This document shows, in pieces, positions 1-13,225 of a stretch of 49,081 bases of DNA; position 1 is the stretch's first letter, and each line of letters opens with the position of its first letter. The stretch spans positions 22,446,376 through 22,495,456 of the forward strand of contig NC_068982.1 of assembly GCF_001194135.2 (NCBI RefSeq), given 5' to 3'. Both the position numbers and the translations under genes were made by a program. The DNA is from Octopus bimaculoides (taxonomy: Eukaryota). A model generated the notes under the pieces. The model had not been told where the DNA came from, searched no databases, and saw only the letters and a list, made by a program, of their open reading frames with translations.

Positions 1-153
1 ATTTCTAAAGGGAATGAAAAGTAAAAACATTTACCATCTATTTCATGAACCAAGGTTTCAAGCTATTTTCAGCAAAATAAAATAATTTGCTTGGTCAGCT
101 ATCATCAGCAGGAAAGCCAAGATTAAAACATAAATACGTATTTATGTGTTAGT

Positions 154-734
154 GCAAAAGAAAAAGAAAAAAAAAGGAAGAAAGAAAAGAAAAACCCAAC
201 AAAAAACAAACAAAAACAATAAAAATGAAAAAAACAAGGCAAAAATGCAAACGAAAGCTAAACAAACCGATATTGACAACCAATATCGGTTTGTTTACTC
301 CTCCATAACGTTGCGGTCCGGTAGTACCAGATTTAAAACTAAGTACTACTGCTTGGAAAACCGGTATTGGTTTGTTTGCGTTCTCGTAACTTCGCGTTTC
401 GGCAAAACAAAACCGATTGAATAAGTACTAGGCTTTAAAATAAGTAATGCGGCCGTTTTGTTCGACTAAACTCCTCAAGGCGGTGCTCCAGTATGGTCGC
501 AGTTCAATGACTGAAACAGTCCAAAGTCAAGACATTTTAACATCCTCGGATAGAATTTCTCCCAAAAACGTTTATGGAAAACAAAACATTTTGTAATACT
601 TCCGGGTTTGTTTGTTTTTTTTTCTTTTAGCTTTCGTTTGCATTTTTGCCTTGTTTTTTTCATTTTTATTGTTTTTGTTTGTTTTTTGTTGGGTTTTTCT
701 TTTCTTTCTTCCTTTTTTTTTCTTTTTCTTTTGC
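154..734. repeat. Perfect 109-bp inverted repeat (154-262 / 626-734) of A-rich low-complexity DNA flanking a SINE-A fragment
   Basis: The two arms are exact reverse complements. The ORF track gives the same QKKKKKKGRKKRKTQQKTNKNNKNEKNKAKMQTKAK peptide on both strands. Confidence 0.9.
272..520 (+). mobile_element. SINE family A, 3' half, diverged variant
   Basis: Matches the other A copies: gtttgtttgcgttctcgtaac...gaataagtactaggc...aaggcggtgctccagtatggtcgcagttcaatgactgaaaca. Confidence 0.7.
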
Positions 735-1179
735 CCTTTTTTTTTTATCCGAGTGACTTTATTCATACAATGATGACACGAGTCAAAAGAGTTTGTTATG
801 AAAACGGGAAGATGGACAAACCGGCAAATATGAGAGACAGACAGACAGACGGACAAACAGACAAACGGACCAACAAAAGAGGAATAACTTCAGCAATAAC
901 AAAACAGCAATAATATCAACAACACCAACAACAACAATAACAGCAACAGGAACAATATTCACGCCATCAACAGCAGTAAAATGGCACACTGACAATAAAT
1001 TAAGGGAAGGTGAAATTAGTGATTCGCAGAATATAAATTCTATGAAGGAAAGCGCTTTCTGTCTGAAGGTGCCAATACAATTCAGATTAAGAATATTAAA
1101 ACTTTAATTGCTCTTCGTTGCTGTTCATCCTGGCACTCGACTCTAATGTTTTAATTCTCTCCCCTACGCCCACTTCCTA

Positions 1180-1335
1180 TCTTTCCTTCTTTCTTTCTTT
1201 CTTTCTTTCTTTCTACTTTCTCGTCCGCTTTCACCTCCAAAACTTTATGTTCTACCTTCAACTCTTCTATGCATTCCTTTCGGCTTCTATTTTCGTGTTC
1301 CCATGCCATATACACTCTATCTCTCTCTCTCTCTA

Positions 1336-1372
<37 letters not shown>

Positions 1373-2074
1373 NNNNNNNNNNNNNNNNNNNNNNNNNNNN
1401 NNNNNNNNNNNNNNNNNNNNNNNNNNNNNNNNNNNNNNNNNNNNNNNNNNNNNNNNNNNNNNNNNNNNNNNNNNNNNNNNNNNNNNNNNNNNNNNNNNNN
1501 NNNNNNNNNNNNNNNNNNNNNNNNNNNNNNNNNNNNNNNNNNNNNNNNNNNNNNNNNNNNNNNNNNNNTATATATATCTTTCCCTCTCACTCTCTCTCTC
1601 TCTCTCTCACTCTCTCTCTATATATCTCTCTCTTTCCACCTCTCTCTCTCCCTCTCTCTCTTTCTGTCTCTCTCTCTCGTTCGCTCTCTCTCTATATATA
1701 TATATCTCTTTCGCTCTCTCTCTCCCTCTCTCTCACTCCCTCTATATCTCTCTCTCTTTCCCTCTCTCTTTCTCTTTCCCCCTCTCTCTCTCTCTCTATT
1801 TCGATCCCTATCTCTTTCTGTCTTTCTTACTCTGTTACTTCGCCCTTTCTTTCTCTCTCTCTCTTTTCCCTTCTCTCTCTCCTCCTCTTCCTTTCTACCT
1901 ACCTATCTATATCTCTTTCTCTTTCTCCTGCTTTATCACTTTCTTTTTCTCACTGCCCTCCCCCTTTCTCTCTCTCTCACACACACACACACACTTATGT
2001 GCTCTACTTCTCTCTCTTACGCTCTCCCTTTCCCTCCTCCTCTCTTTATCCCTCCCTCCCCCTCTCTTTCTCCC
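1180..2074. repeat. (CT)n/(CTTT)n compound microsatellite, interrupted by a gap
   Basis: Directly visible; explains the S/L-rich pseudo-ORFs. Confidence 0.95.
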
Positions 2075-2963
2075 TNNNNNNNNNNNNNNNNNNNNNNNNN
2101 NNNNNNNNNNNNNNNNNNNNNNNNNNNNNNNNNNNNNNNNNNNNNNNNNNNNNNNNNNNNNNNNNNNNNNNNNNNNNNNNNNNNNNNNNNNNNNNNNNNN
2201 NNNNNNNNNNNNNNNNNNNNNNNNNNNNNNNNNNNNNNNNNNNNNNNNNNNNNNNNNNNNNNNNNNNNNNNNNNNNNNNNNNNNNNNNNNNNNNNNNNNN
2301 NNNNNNNNNNNNNNNNNNNNNNNNNNNNNNNNNNNNNNNNNNNNNNNNNNNNNNNNNNNNNNNNNNNNNNNNNNNNNNNNNNNNNNNNNNNNNNNNNNNN
2401 NNNNNNNNNNNNNNNNNNNNNNNNNNNNNNNNNNNNNNNNNNNNNNNNNNNNNNNNNNNNNNNNNNNNNNNNNNNNNNNNNNNNNNNNNNNNNNNNNNNN
2501 NNNNNNNNNNNNNNNNNNNNNNNNNNNNNNNNNNNNNNNNNNNNNNNNNNNNNNNNNNNNNNNNNNNNNNNNNNNNNNNNNNNNNNNNNNNNNNNNNNNN
2601 NNNNNNNNNNNNNNNNNNNNNNNNNNNNNNNNNNNNNNNNNNNNNNNNNNNNNNNNNNNNNNNNNNNNNNNNNNNNNNNNNNNNNNNNNNNNNNNNNNNN
2701 NNNNNNNNNNNNNNNNNNNNNNNNNNNNNNNNNNNNNNNNNNNNNNNNNNNNNNNNNNNNNNNNNNNNNNNNNNNNNNNNNNNNNNNNNNNNNNNNNNNN
2801 NNNNNNNNNNNNNNNNNNNNNNNNNNNNNNNNNNNNNNNNNNNNNNNNNNNNNNNNNNNNNNNNNNNNNNNNNNNNNNNNNNNNNNNNNNNNNNNNNNNN
2901 NNNNNNNNNNNNNNNNNNNNNNNNNNNNNNNNNNNNNNNNNNNNNNNNNNNNNNNNNNNNNNN

Positions 2964-3171
2964 ACCCCGGGACTTATTTTTGGAAGCCTAGTACTTATAC
3001 TATCGGTCTCTTTTGCCGAACCGCTAATGTTACGGGAACGTAAACACACCACCATCGGTTGTCAAGCGATGTTGGGTGGGGGGGACAAACAGACACATAC
3101 ACACATACATATACACACACATACATATACATGATATACATATATACGACAGGCTTCTTACCACACAGCCA
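2964..3171 (-). mobile_element. SINE family A copy with an internal deletion between the microsatellite and the tRNA head
   Basis: ggacttatt...gccgaaccgctaa...gtcaagcgatg...(CA)n...acgacaggcttct joined directly to taccacacagcca. Confidence 0.85.
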
Positions 3172-3433
3172 CTCCTGCGCCTGTGAACTTATTTTGATTC
3201 TCGTTGATTCACTTTCACATTAACCCGAGGAAAGAAAAATTAGCAGCACAAAATATTGCAGTCATGAGTATAGAGACACAGGTATGGCTTATAGGTGCAG
3301 TCATGGCTTTGCAATCACGTGGTTTCGTGTTCAGTCCCACTGCACGACACCTTGAGTGTCTTTCTTCTGCGACAGCGCCTTGTGAGTGCGTTTACTTGAC
3401 AGTAACTCTGTGAAAGTTACTGTCCCCACTGTA

Positions 3434-3656
3434 GGCGGTGAGCTGGCAGAAACGTTAGCGCGCCGGGCGAAATGCTTGTCTGCCGTTACGTTCTGAGTTC
3501 AAATTACGCCGAGTTCGACTTTGCCTTTCATCCTTTCGGGGTCGATAAATTAAGCACCAGTTACGTACTGGGGGTCGATGTAATCGACTTAATCCCTTTG
3601 TCTGTCCTTGTTTGTCCCCTCTATGTTTAGCCCCTTGTGGGCAATAAAAAAATAAG
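3434..3656 (+). mobile_element. SINE family B, near full length (tRNA-like head)
   Basis: ggcggtgagctggcagaaacgttag (A-box-like), gagttcaaatt (B-box-like), body gactttgcctttcatcctttcggggtcgataa, tail aataag. Many copies in the window. Confidence 0.9.
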
Positions 3657-4524
3657 TAACTTTGTGGAAGTCCGTCACATATGCATACAGACACACACAC
3701 ACACACACACACACACATAGGGAGAGTGTGTTCTACACCGAGTATCAGACACACTCTTTATCATACTCGTCCTCAAAGATGCATCGAAACAGTGAACGTC
3801 CCGTTCTTATAACCAACTTATAACCAACGACTCTGTTGTTTACTAATCCGCATTAAAAGCCAAAAAGAAAATCTTTTGAAAAAAAACCTTTTCCCTCAAA
3901 CTCCCATTCCAAATCTGCAATAATGTCAATGTTATGAAGAATGAATTAAAAAGCCGCGAGTATGGTAAAGACTTAATTCATTCAGACAATACCACAACAT
4001 CCACCACATTATGCATTATACGATACATATAACGATTAAAATGAATCTAGTCTTTCCACTGGCCATACACGCAATGCAATTAAGGTAACGTGGAATGAAT
4101 ACGACACAAGGCTATGAAAGATATAATAGTTATGTCTGTGTTAGCACATTTAATGGACATCGCATTAAAAAGCTAACTAGGAAATAATTATATTGTGATG
4201 CTGTGAGGAGAAAACTATATTAGTTAATTACTTTTTTCTCTTTATATCCGTTCTGTGCTATATAACACATCGGCTTGTCCTTGGACTGTTTCAGCTGTTG
4301 CACAGTTTTCCATTGCAGAGTGATTGCTGGCCGTTCGTTCAATCTTTCCCCATTCCTGGAGAAAAGGAACGCAGTGAATGATGCTGTCTGATCCTACATA
4401 CAGCGTGACGTAGCCAATTAAGAGAGAGAAAGAGATGGGGAGGGAGAGAGTGAGAGAGAGAGAGAGAGAGAGAGTGAGTAAGAGAGTGGAAGAGAGAAAT
4501 CGTCTTTCATTACCTGCCTGGTAC

Positions 4525-5106
4525 TTTATTTATCGACTAACGACTTGTAGGGACAACGTATTTCGTTATGCAACCATGATATACTACAAACTATATAAAA
4601 CGCCTTTATCAGTCAATAATGTGTTCTGCTGTGTTAGCAGTGCTATTAACCATTTTAACCCAGGTTAACCCTGTCGAAGTTTTAAAGATAGTTATATAAA
4701 TAGGGATAACAAGCATACAGAAGCGTCTAGTTAACCTTTATTGCAGTAAGTAAACCAAATACAATGGTTAAATAAATAGAAGCCCTATTTTGCTTTATTT
4801 ATCGACTAACGACTTGTAGGGACACCGTATTTCGTTATGCAGCCATGATATGCTACAGAGTATATGAAACGCCTTTATCAGTCAATAATATGTTCTACTG
4901 TGTTAGCAGTGCTATTAACCATTTTAACCCAGGTTAACTCTGTCGAGATTTTAAAGATAGTTATATAAATAGGGATAACAAGCATACGGAAGCGTCAAGC
5001 TAACCTTTATTGCAGTAAGTAAACCAAATACAATGGTTAAATAAATACAACAAGCACTATTTTGCGTCCAGTTAACCTTTATTGCAGTAAATGAACCAAA
5101 TACAAC
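4525..5106. repeat. Tandem duplication, 269-bp unit (4525-4793, 4794-5065) plus a partial third copy (5070-5106)
   Basis: Both units start tttatttatcgactaacgacttgtagggac and end ctattttgc, with scattered substitutions. Confidence 0.9.
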
Positions 5107-5416
5107 TGTCCTCAAACAAGGAAGGTGGGTTAATATGGATTAAACTACTTGTTACGGTTATCTCAGCTGATTTTCTGAAGAAATTACAGCCAGCATTGAT
5201 TTGTTATGAAGTTTTGTATCCGAATACGCCTAACGTAAACAACAATGCATTCGAAAATGGGGAAATAGGTTAATGGGTGAATATGCCATACTTCAGGAAC
5301 TCTTGCTCCTTCGTCAACACCCGTCCAACTCATTAACCATCCACGAACTCATTACTTAAATAACCACTAAATATAGCGGTGTGACATTATTGGATAGACC
5401 AATTTTACATAACTCT

Positions 5417-5487
5417 TTTATTCTTTTACTTGTTTCATTCACTTGACTGCGGCTATACTGGAGCACCACCTTTAGTCGAACAAATTT
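5417..5487 (-). mobile_element. SINE family A, 3' end, runs into a gap
   Basis: ttttacttgtttcattcacttgactgcggctatactggagcaccacctttagtcg. Confidence 0.8.
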
Positions 5488-6049
5488 NNNNNNNNNNNNN
5501 NNNNNNNNNNNNNNNNNNNNNNNNNNNNNNNNNNNNNNNNNNNNNNNNNNNNNNNNNNNNNNNNNNNNNNNNNNNNNNNNNNNNNNNNNNNNNNNNNNNN
5601 NNNNNNNNNNNNNNNNNNNNNNNNNNNNNNNNNNNNNNNNNNNNNNNNNNNNNNNNNNNNNNNNNNNNNNNNNNNNNNNNNNNNNNNNTGGTGAGATGGT
5701 AGCAGTGGTAGTAGTGATGATGGTGGTGGTGGTGGTGGTGGTGGTGGTGGCTTGAAGCTTGGAATAGAACCCAGCTACGGTAAAAAAGAAAAGAAAAATT
5801 AAATAAATAAAAGTTGCCCAAGTTACCCAGCAGTAAACTCGAACCTGAGACCTGAAGATTACCGAATAAATTACTCAACCACTCAGTCATGCATATCTCC
5901 TCGGTACTTAACACAGGCAGACGAAGGCGATTCTATGTAGTCACAAGCCACCACAGGAAAAGGCAATCAAATTCTTACCATTATATACGAAAAAGACAGG
6001 ATAGTCACGCCTAGAACGCTCTTTTATCGTAGGTCTACTCAATCAGGGA

Positions 6050-6870
6050 AACAACAACAACAACAACAACAACTGTTTTTGATAGAAATAAGCGAGTGAA
6101 ATAAACGTTTAGGTCTAAAGAGTGATCGTCATCATCATTATCAACACCACCATCGGTAGCATCATCATCATTATCATCATCGTCGTCGTCATCATCATCA
6201 TCACCTGCAGCACCACCGTCTCTGCCACTACCACAACCGCCACCACCATCATCATCATGATCATCATCATCATCATTACCAAATTAATGGCCACCTCAGT
6301 AGAGACCCGGTGAGCCGATGGAAGTGGCAAGACAAAGTAGCTTCGCTACAGCAACGTCACTTTATTGTTGAATGGTGTCGTCTTTGTGATGAGGATTTAT
6401 TACCGTTTGGTAGCAGGGCTGGTGGTGGTGGTGGTGCTGCTGCTGCTGCTTCTAGTTGTTGATGATCGTCAGTGTGCAGTGGTGATGGTGGTGGTAGTGG
6501 CTTTGTGGAGAGATTATTGGTGGCTGCCTAAGGCAAGGAAAAGACGATGATGACGACGACGACGATAATGTTATTGCTGTTGTTGTTGTTGTTATTGTTG
6601 TTGGTGGTGGTGGTGGTAATGTTGTTGCTGGTACTGGCGATTGAGGATGGTGATGATAATGATGATGACATGATGATGACTACGATGATGATGTTGTTGT
6701 TGCTGTTGTTTTTATTGGTGGTGGTGGTGGTGGTGGTAAAGAGGATGATTATGTTAATGTACTGATGATTAGGATAATGATGATTATTGGTGTTGGTGGA
6801 GTGGTGGTGGGGGTGCCGATGGCGAAGACGACGACGACGACGACGATGACGACGATGATGATGACGAGGT
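6050..6870. repeat. Mixed trinucleotide repeat field (CAA, CAT, CAC, GGT, GTT, GAT, GAC)
   Basis: Directly visible. The poly-I/T/V/M/L ORFs are by-products. Confidence 0.9.
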
Positions 6871-8202
6871 CACTACAACGGTGTCGGGTGTCGGATATCT
6901 CAGGAAGTGAGGTGCATCGTGCAAGCTGACCAGTGTTGTGAATAAACCAGGGTCAAGTCTATGGTCTTCCGAGGCGAAACCTAGAGAGAGAGAGAGAGAG
7001 ACGATTGAATGCTAGTCAGCATTGTGGCTGGACTAAGAGTTCGGTTAAACTTCTTGGGATTTGGGTCAGTACAAAGGTTCGAGCGCACAGAGATTCAATT
7101 GTCATGAGCCGAGTCGCCTATCCTGTACTGAAATGAGCTGAAAAAAGCTACACCTGAAAGATCGAGTAAAAGCGTGTTGTGGTTTTGTGTTTAGTCAAAG
7201 GCTACATTTTACTTGTTAGAATGTCTTCTTACTTTTTAGCGGAAGAATCAGTCAAGTTCTACAAGCCACAAGATCCATCTATTGTCAATAATCAGTCGGA
7301 AATGTTTTGGAATGTCGTTGCTGATATTGCGCAAATATTCGATGACAACCGCATGGATTGCTATACAGTGAACTGGCATAGATATCGCTTATTAAACCAG
7401 CTTTCCTAACAGCGCATTTCTTTCAACTATGCTTAGGTACTGAGTCAAGCGCTGACCGAGAATGGATGTTTGGCATTTGGCCAGACACAGAGATCTGACC
7501 TCAACCTATTTGCTAATATCGTAGGTGGAACATCAACGGTTACTTTCTATAAAGCAACCGTAGACTAACTGCTTATCAATGTAATTCTGCGTAACTATAG
7601 ACAAATGTAGAACAGTATTTTCCAAAGATGTTTCAATTTAAGAAAATAACGTTGTCAAAAAGCAATTGTTTTCATTGTTGCTTGGTGGATTGTCGGAAAA
7701 AAGGTATAAACGCTTGATGGTGTCGTAAACTGGTGAACTCTAGCATACAAGAACTGCATAGCCGTCCACCTGATGATCTTCCAGTAACTACGGATTACTG
7801 ATTTCTGTTATGTCGAACGGCTTATGTTCTGTATATCAACAAAATTAGGATTGAGTGAAAAAAACACCAGTAGATCGTTCCGCGCCCTAAATATGAAGAT
7901 AGAGTGTCACTTATGCAATATCGTGTGTTGGAAAATTTCGATAAACTGAGTGTTAATTTTTATTAGCAAAGAGATCTTTCATCTAGAAATGCTTGGAATC
8001 TGAAATTAACAAACACAGAAGATAAACTCTAATAATATCAGCCAACGACACAGGTAAGAGCGGATCTTGATCTTTTTAATTGCAATTAGAAAGAAACCAA
8101 CAGGCGTGTTTCAGTCTTGTAAGGTCTCACCTACAAAGCATATTGACCTCAACTGAGTGGACTCGGAGTGACTGAATAATAAAATGAGGAATGTACTCAC
8201 AT

Positions 8203-8361
8203 TACTCTTTTACACTTTTACTTGTTTCAGTCATTTGACTGTTACCAAGCTGAAGCACCGCCATTGGTCTATTTTGCCGAACCGCTAAGTTACGGGGACG
8301 TAGACACACCACCATCGGTTGTCAAGCGATGTTGGGTGGGGGGACAAACACAGACACACAA

Positions 8362-8405
<44 letters not shown>

Positions 8406-8413
8406 GAACAGAC

Positions 8414-8463
<50 letters not shown>

Positions 8464-9085
8464 TGAACGGGAACATGAAAATCAGAGTAACAGTCTTTTG
8501 TTATATTTCTGCTGCTTTTAAATAAAGCATATTACTCTACTTCTGGTATTTGAGTACTCTTTTTTCCACCTTGTTGCACATTTTATGTGCTTACTCCGGT
8601 ATATATATNNNNNNNNNNNNNNNNNNNNNNNNNNNNNNNNNNNNNNNNNNNNNNNNNNNNNNNNNNNNNNNNNNNNNNNNNNNNNNNNNNNNNNNNNNNN
8701 NNNNNNNNNNNNNNNNTTATTGCCAAGAAGGGGCTAAACATAGAGGGGACAAACAAGGACAGACAAAGGGATTAGGTCGATTACATCGACCCCAGTGCGT
8801 AACTGGTACTTAATTTATCGACCCTGAAAGGATGAAAGGCAAAGTCGACCTAGGCGGAATTTGAAATCAGAACGTAACGGGAGACGAAATACCGCTAAGC
8901 ATTTCGTCCGGCGTGCAAACGTTTCTGCCAGCTCGCTGGCTTCTTTCAGTTTCCGTCTTACCAAATCCACTCACAAGGCTTTGGTCGGCCCGAGGCTATA
9001 GTAGAAGACACTTGCCCAAAGTGCCACGCAGTAGGACTGAACTTGGAACTATGTGGTTCGTAAGCAAGCTACTTACCACACAGCT
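8203..9085 (-). mobile_element. SINE family A split by insertions (3' part 8203-8400, tRNA/CORE-like head 8936-9085)
   Basis: Tail ctcttttac...cttgtttcagtcatttgact. The head reads tagctgtgtggtaagtagcttgcttacgaaccacatagttccaagttcagtcc...ggcactttgggcaagtgtcttctactatagcctcggg on the minus strand. Confidence 0.85.
8718..8935 (-). mobile_element. SINE family B nested in SINE A
   Basis: Reverse complement of the 3434 family; its head end gccagctcgct abuts ggcttctttcagtttcc of A. Confidence 0.9.
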
Positions 9086-9880
9086 ACTCAAATATTAAAC
9101 AATAAGGCTTAGAAAAAATTATACTTGGGAAGCGTTCTGTAAACTAAGTGCAGATATATCGGATCTCATATGTATTATTGTGAGTTGAAAAACTTTGAGT
9201 AACTGGTATTATTAATGCAATTGGTGAAGAAATTCAACTCTTGTCCGATTTCAGCGTGAAGATCATGTCTTCATTTAGTGAACAAAGTAGGAAGATTTCT
9301 GCTACCGTGAAACTACAGTGAAAGAATTACTGGAAATGTTGGTTTGAAAATGTTAAAAAATAAGTTTTTCCTCTCCGACCAAATCCTCGTTAATTTCTTT
9401 ATGTACCATTTGAAGGGAACGATTTGGTTTATATAGGAGGGAAGGTGGAGTAAGAACAACGCATAAGACCGAAACAGGAAATGCTTGATTTTGCGGAATT
9501 TCCGATCCTTATTAAAGAATTTTGTGCCATTTTTGGGTTAATGTTTCTTAGTTATTTCTACTATTCCAAAGAGTATCAGACAGAACGGTAGAAATACTGA
9601 TTGGCACTACTTCTCCATTTCAACTTTCTGTATTTCTATGTTTTTTTTTTATTTATTTATTTATTTATTTTTTTTTTTTTTGAAAGACAGTAGGGTGTGG
9701 TCTGAGGGAACTCTCTGTGCGATGACACATAATAACGTCCATGGCTTTATGGGTGCTTGCTTTGCAGTTTCTGAAAACAAGGCGGAGACACACACAAACA
9801 ATTCACATTTATGAGTAAATACATGCACACACACATGCATACACACACACACACATACACACGCACACATAAATACATAA

Positions 9881-10114
9881 GGCGGCGAGCTGGCAGAAAC
9901 GTTAGCACACCAGGCGAAATGCTCAGCCGTATTTCGTCTGCCGCTACGTTCTGAGTTCAAATTCCGCCGAGGTCGACTTTGCCTTTCATCCTTTCGGGGT
10001 CGATTAAATAAGTATCAGTTACGCACTGGGGTCGATATAATCGACTTAATCCGTGTTTGTCTGTCCTTGTTTGTCCCCTCTGTGTGTAGCCCCTTGTGGG
10101 TAGTAAAGAAATAA
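9881..10114 (+). mobile_element. SINE family B, full length
   Basis: ggcggcgagctggcagaaacgttag ... gagttcaaattccgccgaggtcgac ... taaagaaataa. Confidence 0.92.
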
Positions 10115-11664
10115 CACATAAATACATATATATACATATAAATATATATATACACATATAGATATATATCCATATATATATATATACGCACAAATACACG
10201 CGCACACACGTAATGTAATATATGCACACATAATAGATATATATATATATATCCATGTATTATCATTATTGATATTCATCATTACTACTATTACCACCAC
10301 CACCACCACCACCACCATCACTACTACTACTACTACCACTACTACTACAAATACACACTTGTGCCTATGTGTGCGTATGTATATAGTAGATATATGTATA
10401 CATATATATATGTATGTATGCATCTAAGTATTATTACACGCACACATATATTATATATATATATATATATTTATATATACATGTATATATATACATATTT
10501 ATACACACACATATATACATATATATATATATATATANNNNNNNNNNNNNNNNNNNNNNNNNNNNNNNNNNNNNNNNNNNNNNNNNNNNNNNNNNNNNNN
10601 NNNNNNNNNNNNNNNNNNNNNNNNNNNNNNNNNNNNNNNNNNNNNNNNNNNNNNNNNNNNNNNNNNNNNNNNNNNNNNNNNNNNNNNNNNNNNNNNNNNN
10701 NNNNNNNNNNNNNNNNNNNNNNNNNNNNNNNNNNNNNNNNNNNNNNNNNNNNNNNNNNNNNNNNNNNNNNNNNNNNNNNNNNNNNNNNNNNNNNNNNNNN
10801 NNNNNNNNNNNNNNNNNNNNNNNNNNNNNNNNNNNNNNNNNNNNNNNNNNNNNNNNNNNNNNNNNNNNNNNNNNNNNNNNNNNNNNNNNNNNNNNNNNNN
10901 NNNNNNNNNNNNNNNNNNNNNNNNNNNNNNNNNNNNNNNNNNNNNNNNNNNNNNNNNNNNNNNNNNNNNNNNNNNNNNNNNNNNNNNNNNNNNNNNNNNN
11001 NNNNNNNNNNNNNNNNNNNNNNNNNNNNNNNNNNNNNNNNNNNNNNNNNNNNNNNNNNNNNNNNNNNNNNNNNNNNNNNNNNNNNNNNNNNNNNNNNNNN
11101 NNNNNNNNNNNNNNNNNNNNNNNNNNNNNNNNNNNNNNNNNNNNNNNNNNNNNNNNNNNNNNNNNNNNNNNNNNNNNNNNNNNNNNNNNNNNNNNNNNNN
11201 NNNNNNNNNNNNNNNNNNNNNNNNNNNNNNNNNNNNNNNNNNNNNNNNNNNNNNNNNNNNNNNNNNNNNNNNNNNNNNNNNNNNNNNNNNNNNNNNNNNN
11301 NNNNNNNNNNNNNNNNNNNNNNNNNNNNACTACTACTACTACCACTACTACTACAAATACACACTTGTGCCTATGTGTGCGTATGTATATAGTAGATATA
11401 TGTATACATATATATATGTATATATATTACAAATAATATGTGAGTATATGCATATATACGTACATGTATGTACATACTTACATCTACATGTATATAGAGA
11501 TGCATATCTGGGTGCAGGACGTCACAAGAAAACGTGGGAAAAATGAATAACAGAACATAAACAGAGCACAGAAAAGACACAGGCCACATAGAGAACATTT
11601 CCTTCACCAGCTGTCACCATTCTAAAACTAAGCGTTTCGAAGAGTTATATATATATATATATAT

Positions 11665-11908
11665 AAATCTTATAATCAACTCTGTCAAAGGCCTTGCTGA
11701 AATCACGGTAGATGACATTGGTGCTGGAGCCCTCTCCCAAAGTAACCCTCTCCCAAAGTAACCCTCTCCCAAAGCTCTCAAAATGTCATCAAAGTGATGC
11801 AGGAGCTGCGTTAAGCAGTTCCTTCCATTACGGGGTTCAGCAGTCTGTTGCTTTCAAGAAAGTGGGTTATCTGTGATCTCACCACCCTCTCAAATACCTT
11901 GATGATAT
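11665..11908 (-). pseudogene. LINE reverse-transcriptase fragment, CR1/L2-like, with a small deletion and an internal 16-bp triplication
   Basis: Manual minus-strand translation: IIKVFERVVRSQITHFLESNRLLNP..RNGRNCLTQLLHHFDDILRALG..EGSSTNVIYRDFSKAFDRVDYKI. ccctctcccaaagtaa is repeated at 11730-11774. Confidence 0.85.
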
Positions 11909-12616
11909 AAGAGGTGAGGAGGAGGAGGAGGATATGTTTCTTCGCATCACCATTGCGCTCATTATCAACAGCCAAGGAATACTATTCATAATCACCATCG
12001 CCGCCACCACCACTACCCCGACCACGACTATCAACATCATAATCCTCATCATCATCACCATCATCATCACTGCCACCACCACCACCATCACCACAATCAT
12101 CATCATCATTATCTTATATCTTGTGTTTGGAGTTATCTCTATTACATTTAAGTATTTATCCACTTGAGAACATTCTGTCAAACCGCTTTGTGAAGTTAAA
12201 TGTCTCCGTCGTCAGTATTTTTCACTGATGATGACAGCCAATCAGTGAAGGAGACTCCGGCTGGTTGTCCGGCCGACTAGCAGTCGCATCAAAATCATAC
12301 TTTATATTCTTTTACCATTACTGGATTCGCAGAATCGTTACAACATCGCACGAGACGCCTAGTGTTTTGATAAAGCTCAACTCGATGTAACTTCTCATTT
12401 TGAATTCCGCCGAGGTGAACTTTACTTTTCATTTTTACGGGATCGATTGACTATTGACGAACCACTACGCGGGACAGGGGTGCCCCTGATATTTGGGGAA
12501 CCAAGAGCAATTGGCCCTTTCTTCTTACTATACATTTGCTGTTGAGTGATTATTCGCTTCCCCCAAATTCCAGTTTTTGTGTGTTTCATCTCATTTACTT
12601 ATTTATGTATTTGTTG

Positions 12617-12644
<28 letters not shown>

Positions 12645-12653
<9 letters not shown>

Positions 12654-12770
12654 CTTTACTACCCAAAAAGGGCTACACACAGAAGGGACAAACAAGGACA
12701 GACAAACGGATTAAGTCGATTATATCGACCCTAGTGCGTAACTGATACTTATTTAGTTGACCCCGAAAGG
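12645..12770 (-). mobile_element. SINE family B, 3' part, runs into a gap
   Basis: ttatttctttactaccc...gggacaaacaaggacagacaaacggattaagtcgattatatcgacc. Confidence 0.85.
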
Positions 12771-12788
12771 NNNNNNNNNNNNNNNNNN

Positions 12789-12858
<70 letters not shown>

Positions 12859-13054
12859 AAATTATAACTTGAATAGATAATGATTTCTGATCTTGGCACG
12901 CACCAGAAAATCTCGAGTAGGAAGAAGGAACAGTGGATTACTACGTCATACATTGAGAGCCTATCAACGATAACTGATAGTCCAAGGACCTATTTTCCAC
13001 CATGAGAAAGTCAATAACAGGAGGTCGAAATTGAGCTCTAAACGCAAGATGCCG

Positions 13055-13225
13055 GAGCAGATTAATTCGATTATATCAACCTTAGAGAACAACTGGCCCT
13101 TATTTTATCCACCCCTAAAGGATGAAAGGCAAAGTCGGCCTCAGCGGAATTTGAACTTAAAAAGGTAAAAACGGGCGAAATACCACTATGCTTTTTTTGC
13201 ATGGAATGATAACGAATGTATCAGC
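13055..13225 (-). mobile_element. Old SINE family B-like copy
   Basis: aaggatgaaaggcaaagtcggcctcagcggaatttgaac...gaaataccact. Confidence 0.7.

Noticed and set aside
1118-3134. Very long ORFs (up to 641 aa) here and at 10361-11436, 17931-18495, 20248-21866, 34292-35117 and 44056-44811
   Set aside because: They are runs of X from N-gaps joined to microsatellite translations (SL, YI, HT repeats).
4404-4418. tgacgtagccaat CRE-half-site/CCAAT composite
   Set aside because: Single short motif with no promoter or gene context.
6950-6985. ggtcttccgaggcgaaacctag hairpin plus GAAAC
   Set aside because: No CUGANGA core and no stems I or III.
7690-7830. Minus-strand YTEHKPF...GRL peptide reminiscent of Gypsy RNase H
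   Set aside because: Needs frameshifts, and flanking motifs do not match; insufficient.
10325-11420. About 90-bp direct repeat on both sides of a 790-N gap
   Set aside because: Cannot separate a true tandem unit from a scaffolding artefact; low-complexity sequence.
11505-11646. Possible hammerhead (minus strand ctcttcgaaacgct and ctggtgaagg)
   Set aside because: Motifs are in the wrong order for one ribozyme and stem II is cut by the TA repeat and LINE; probably a repeat tail, unresolved.
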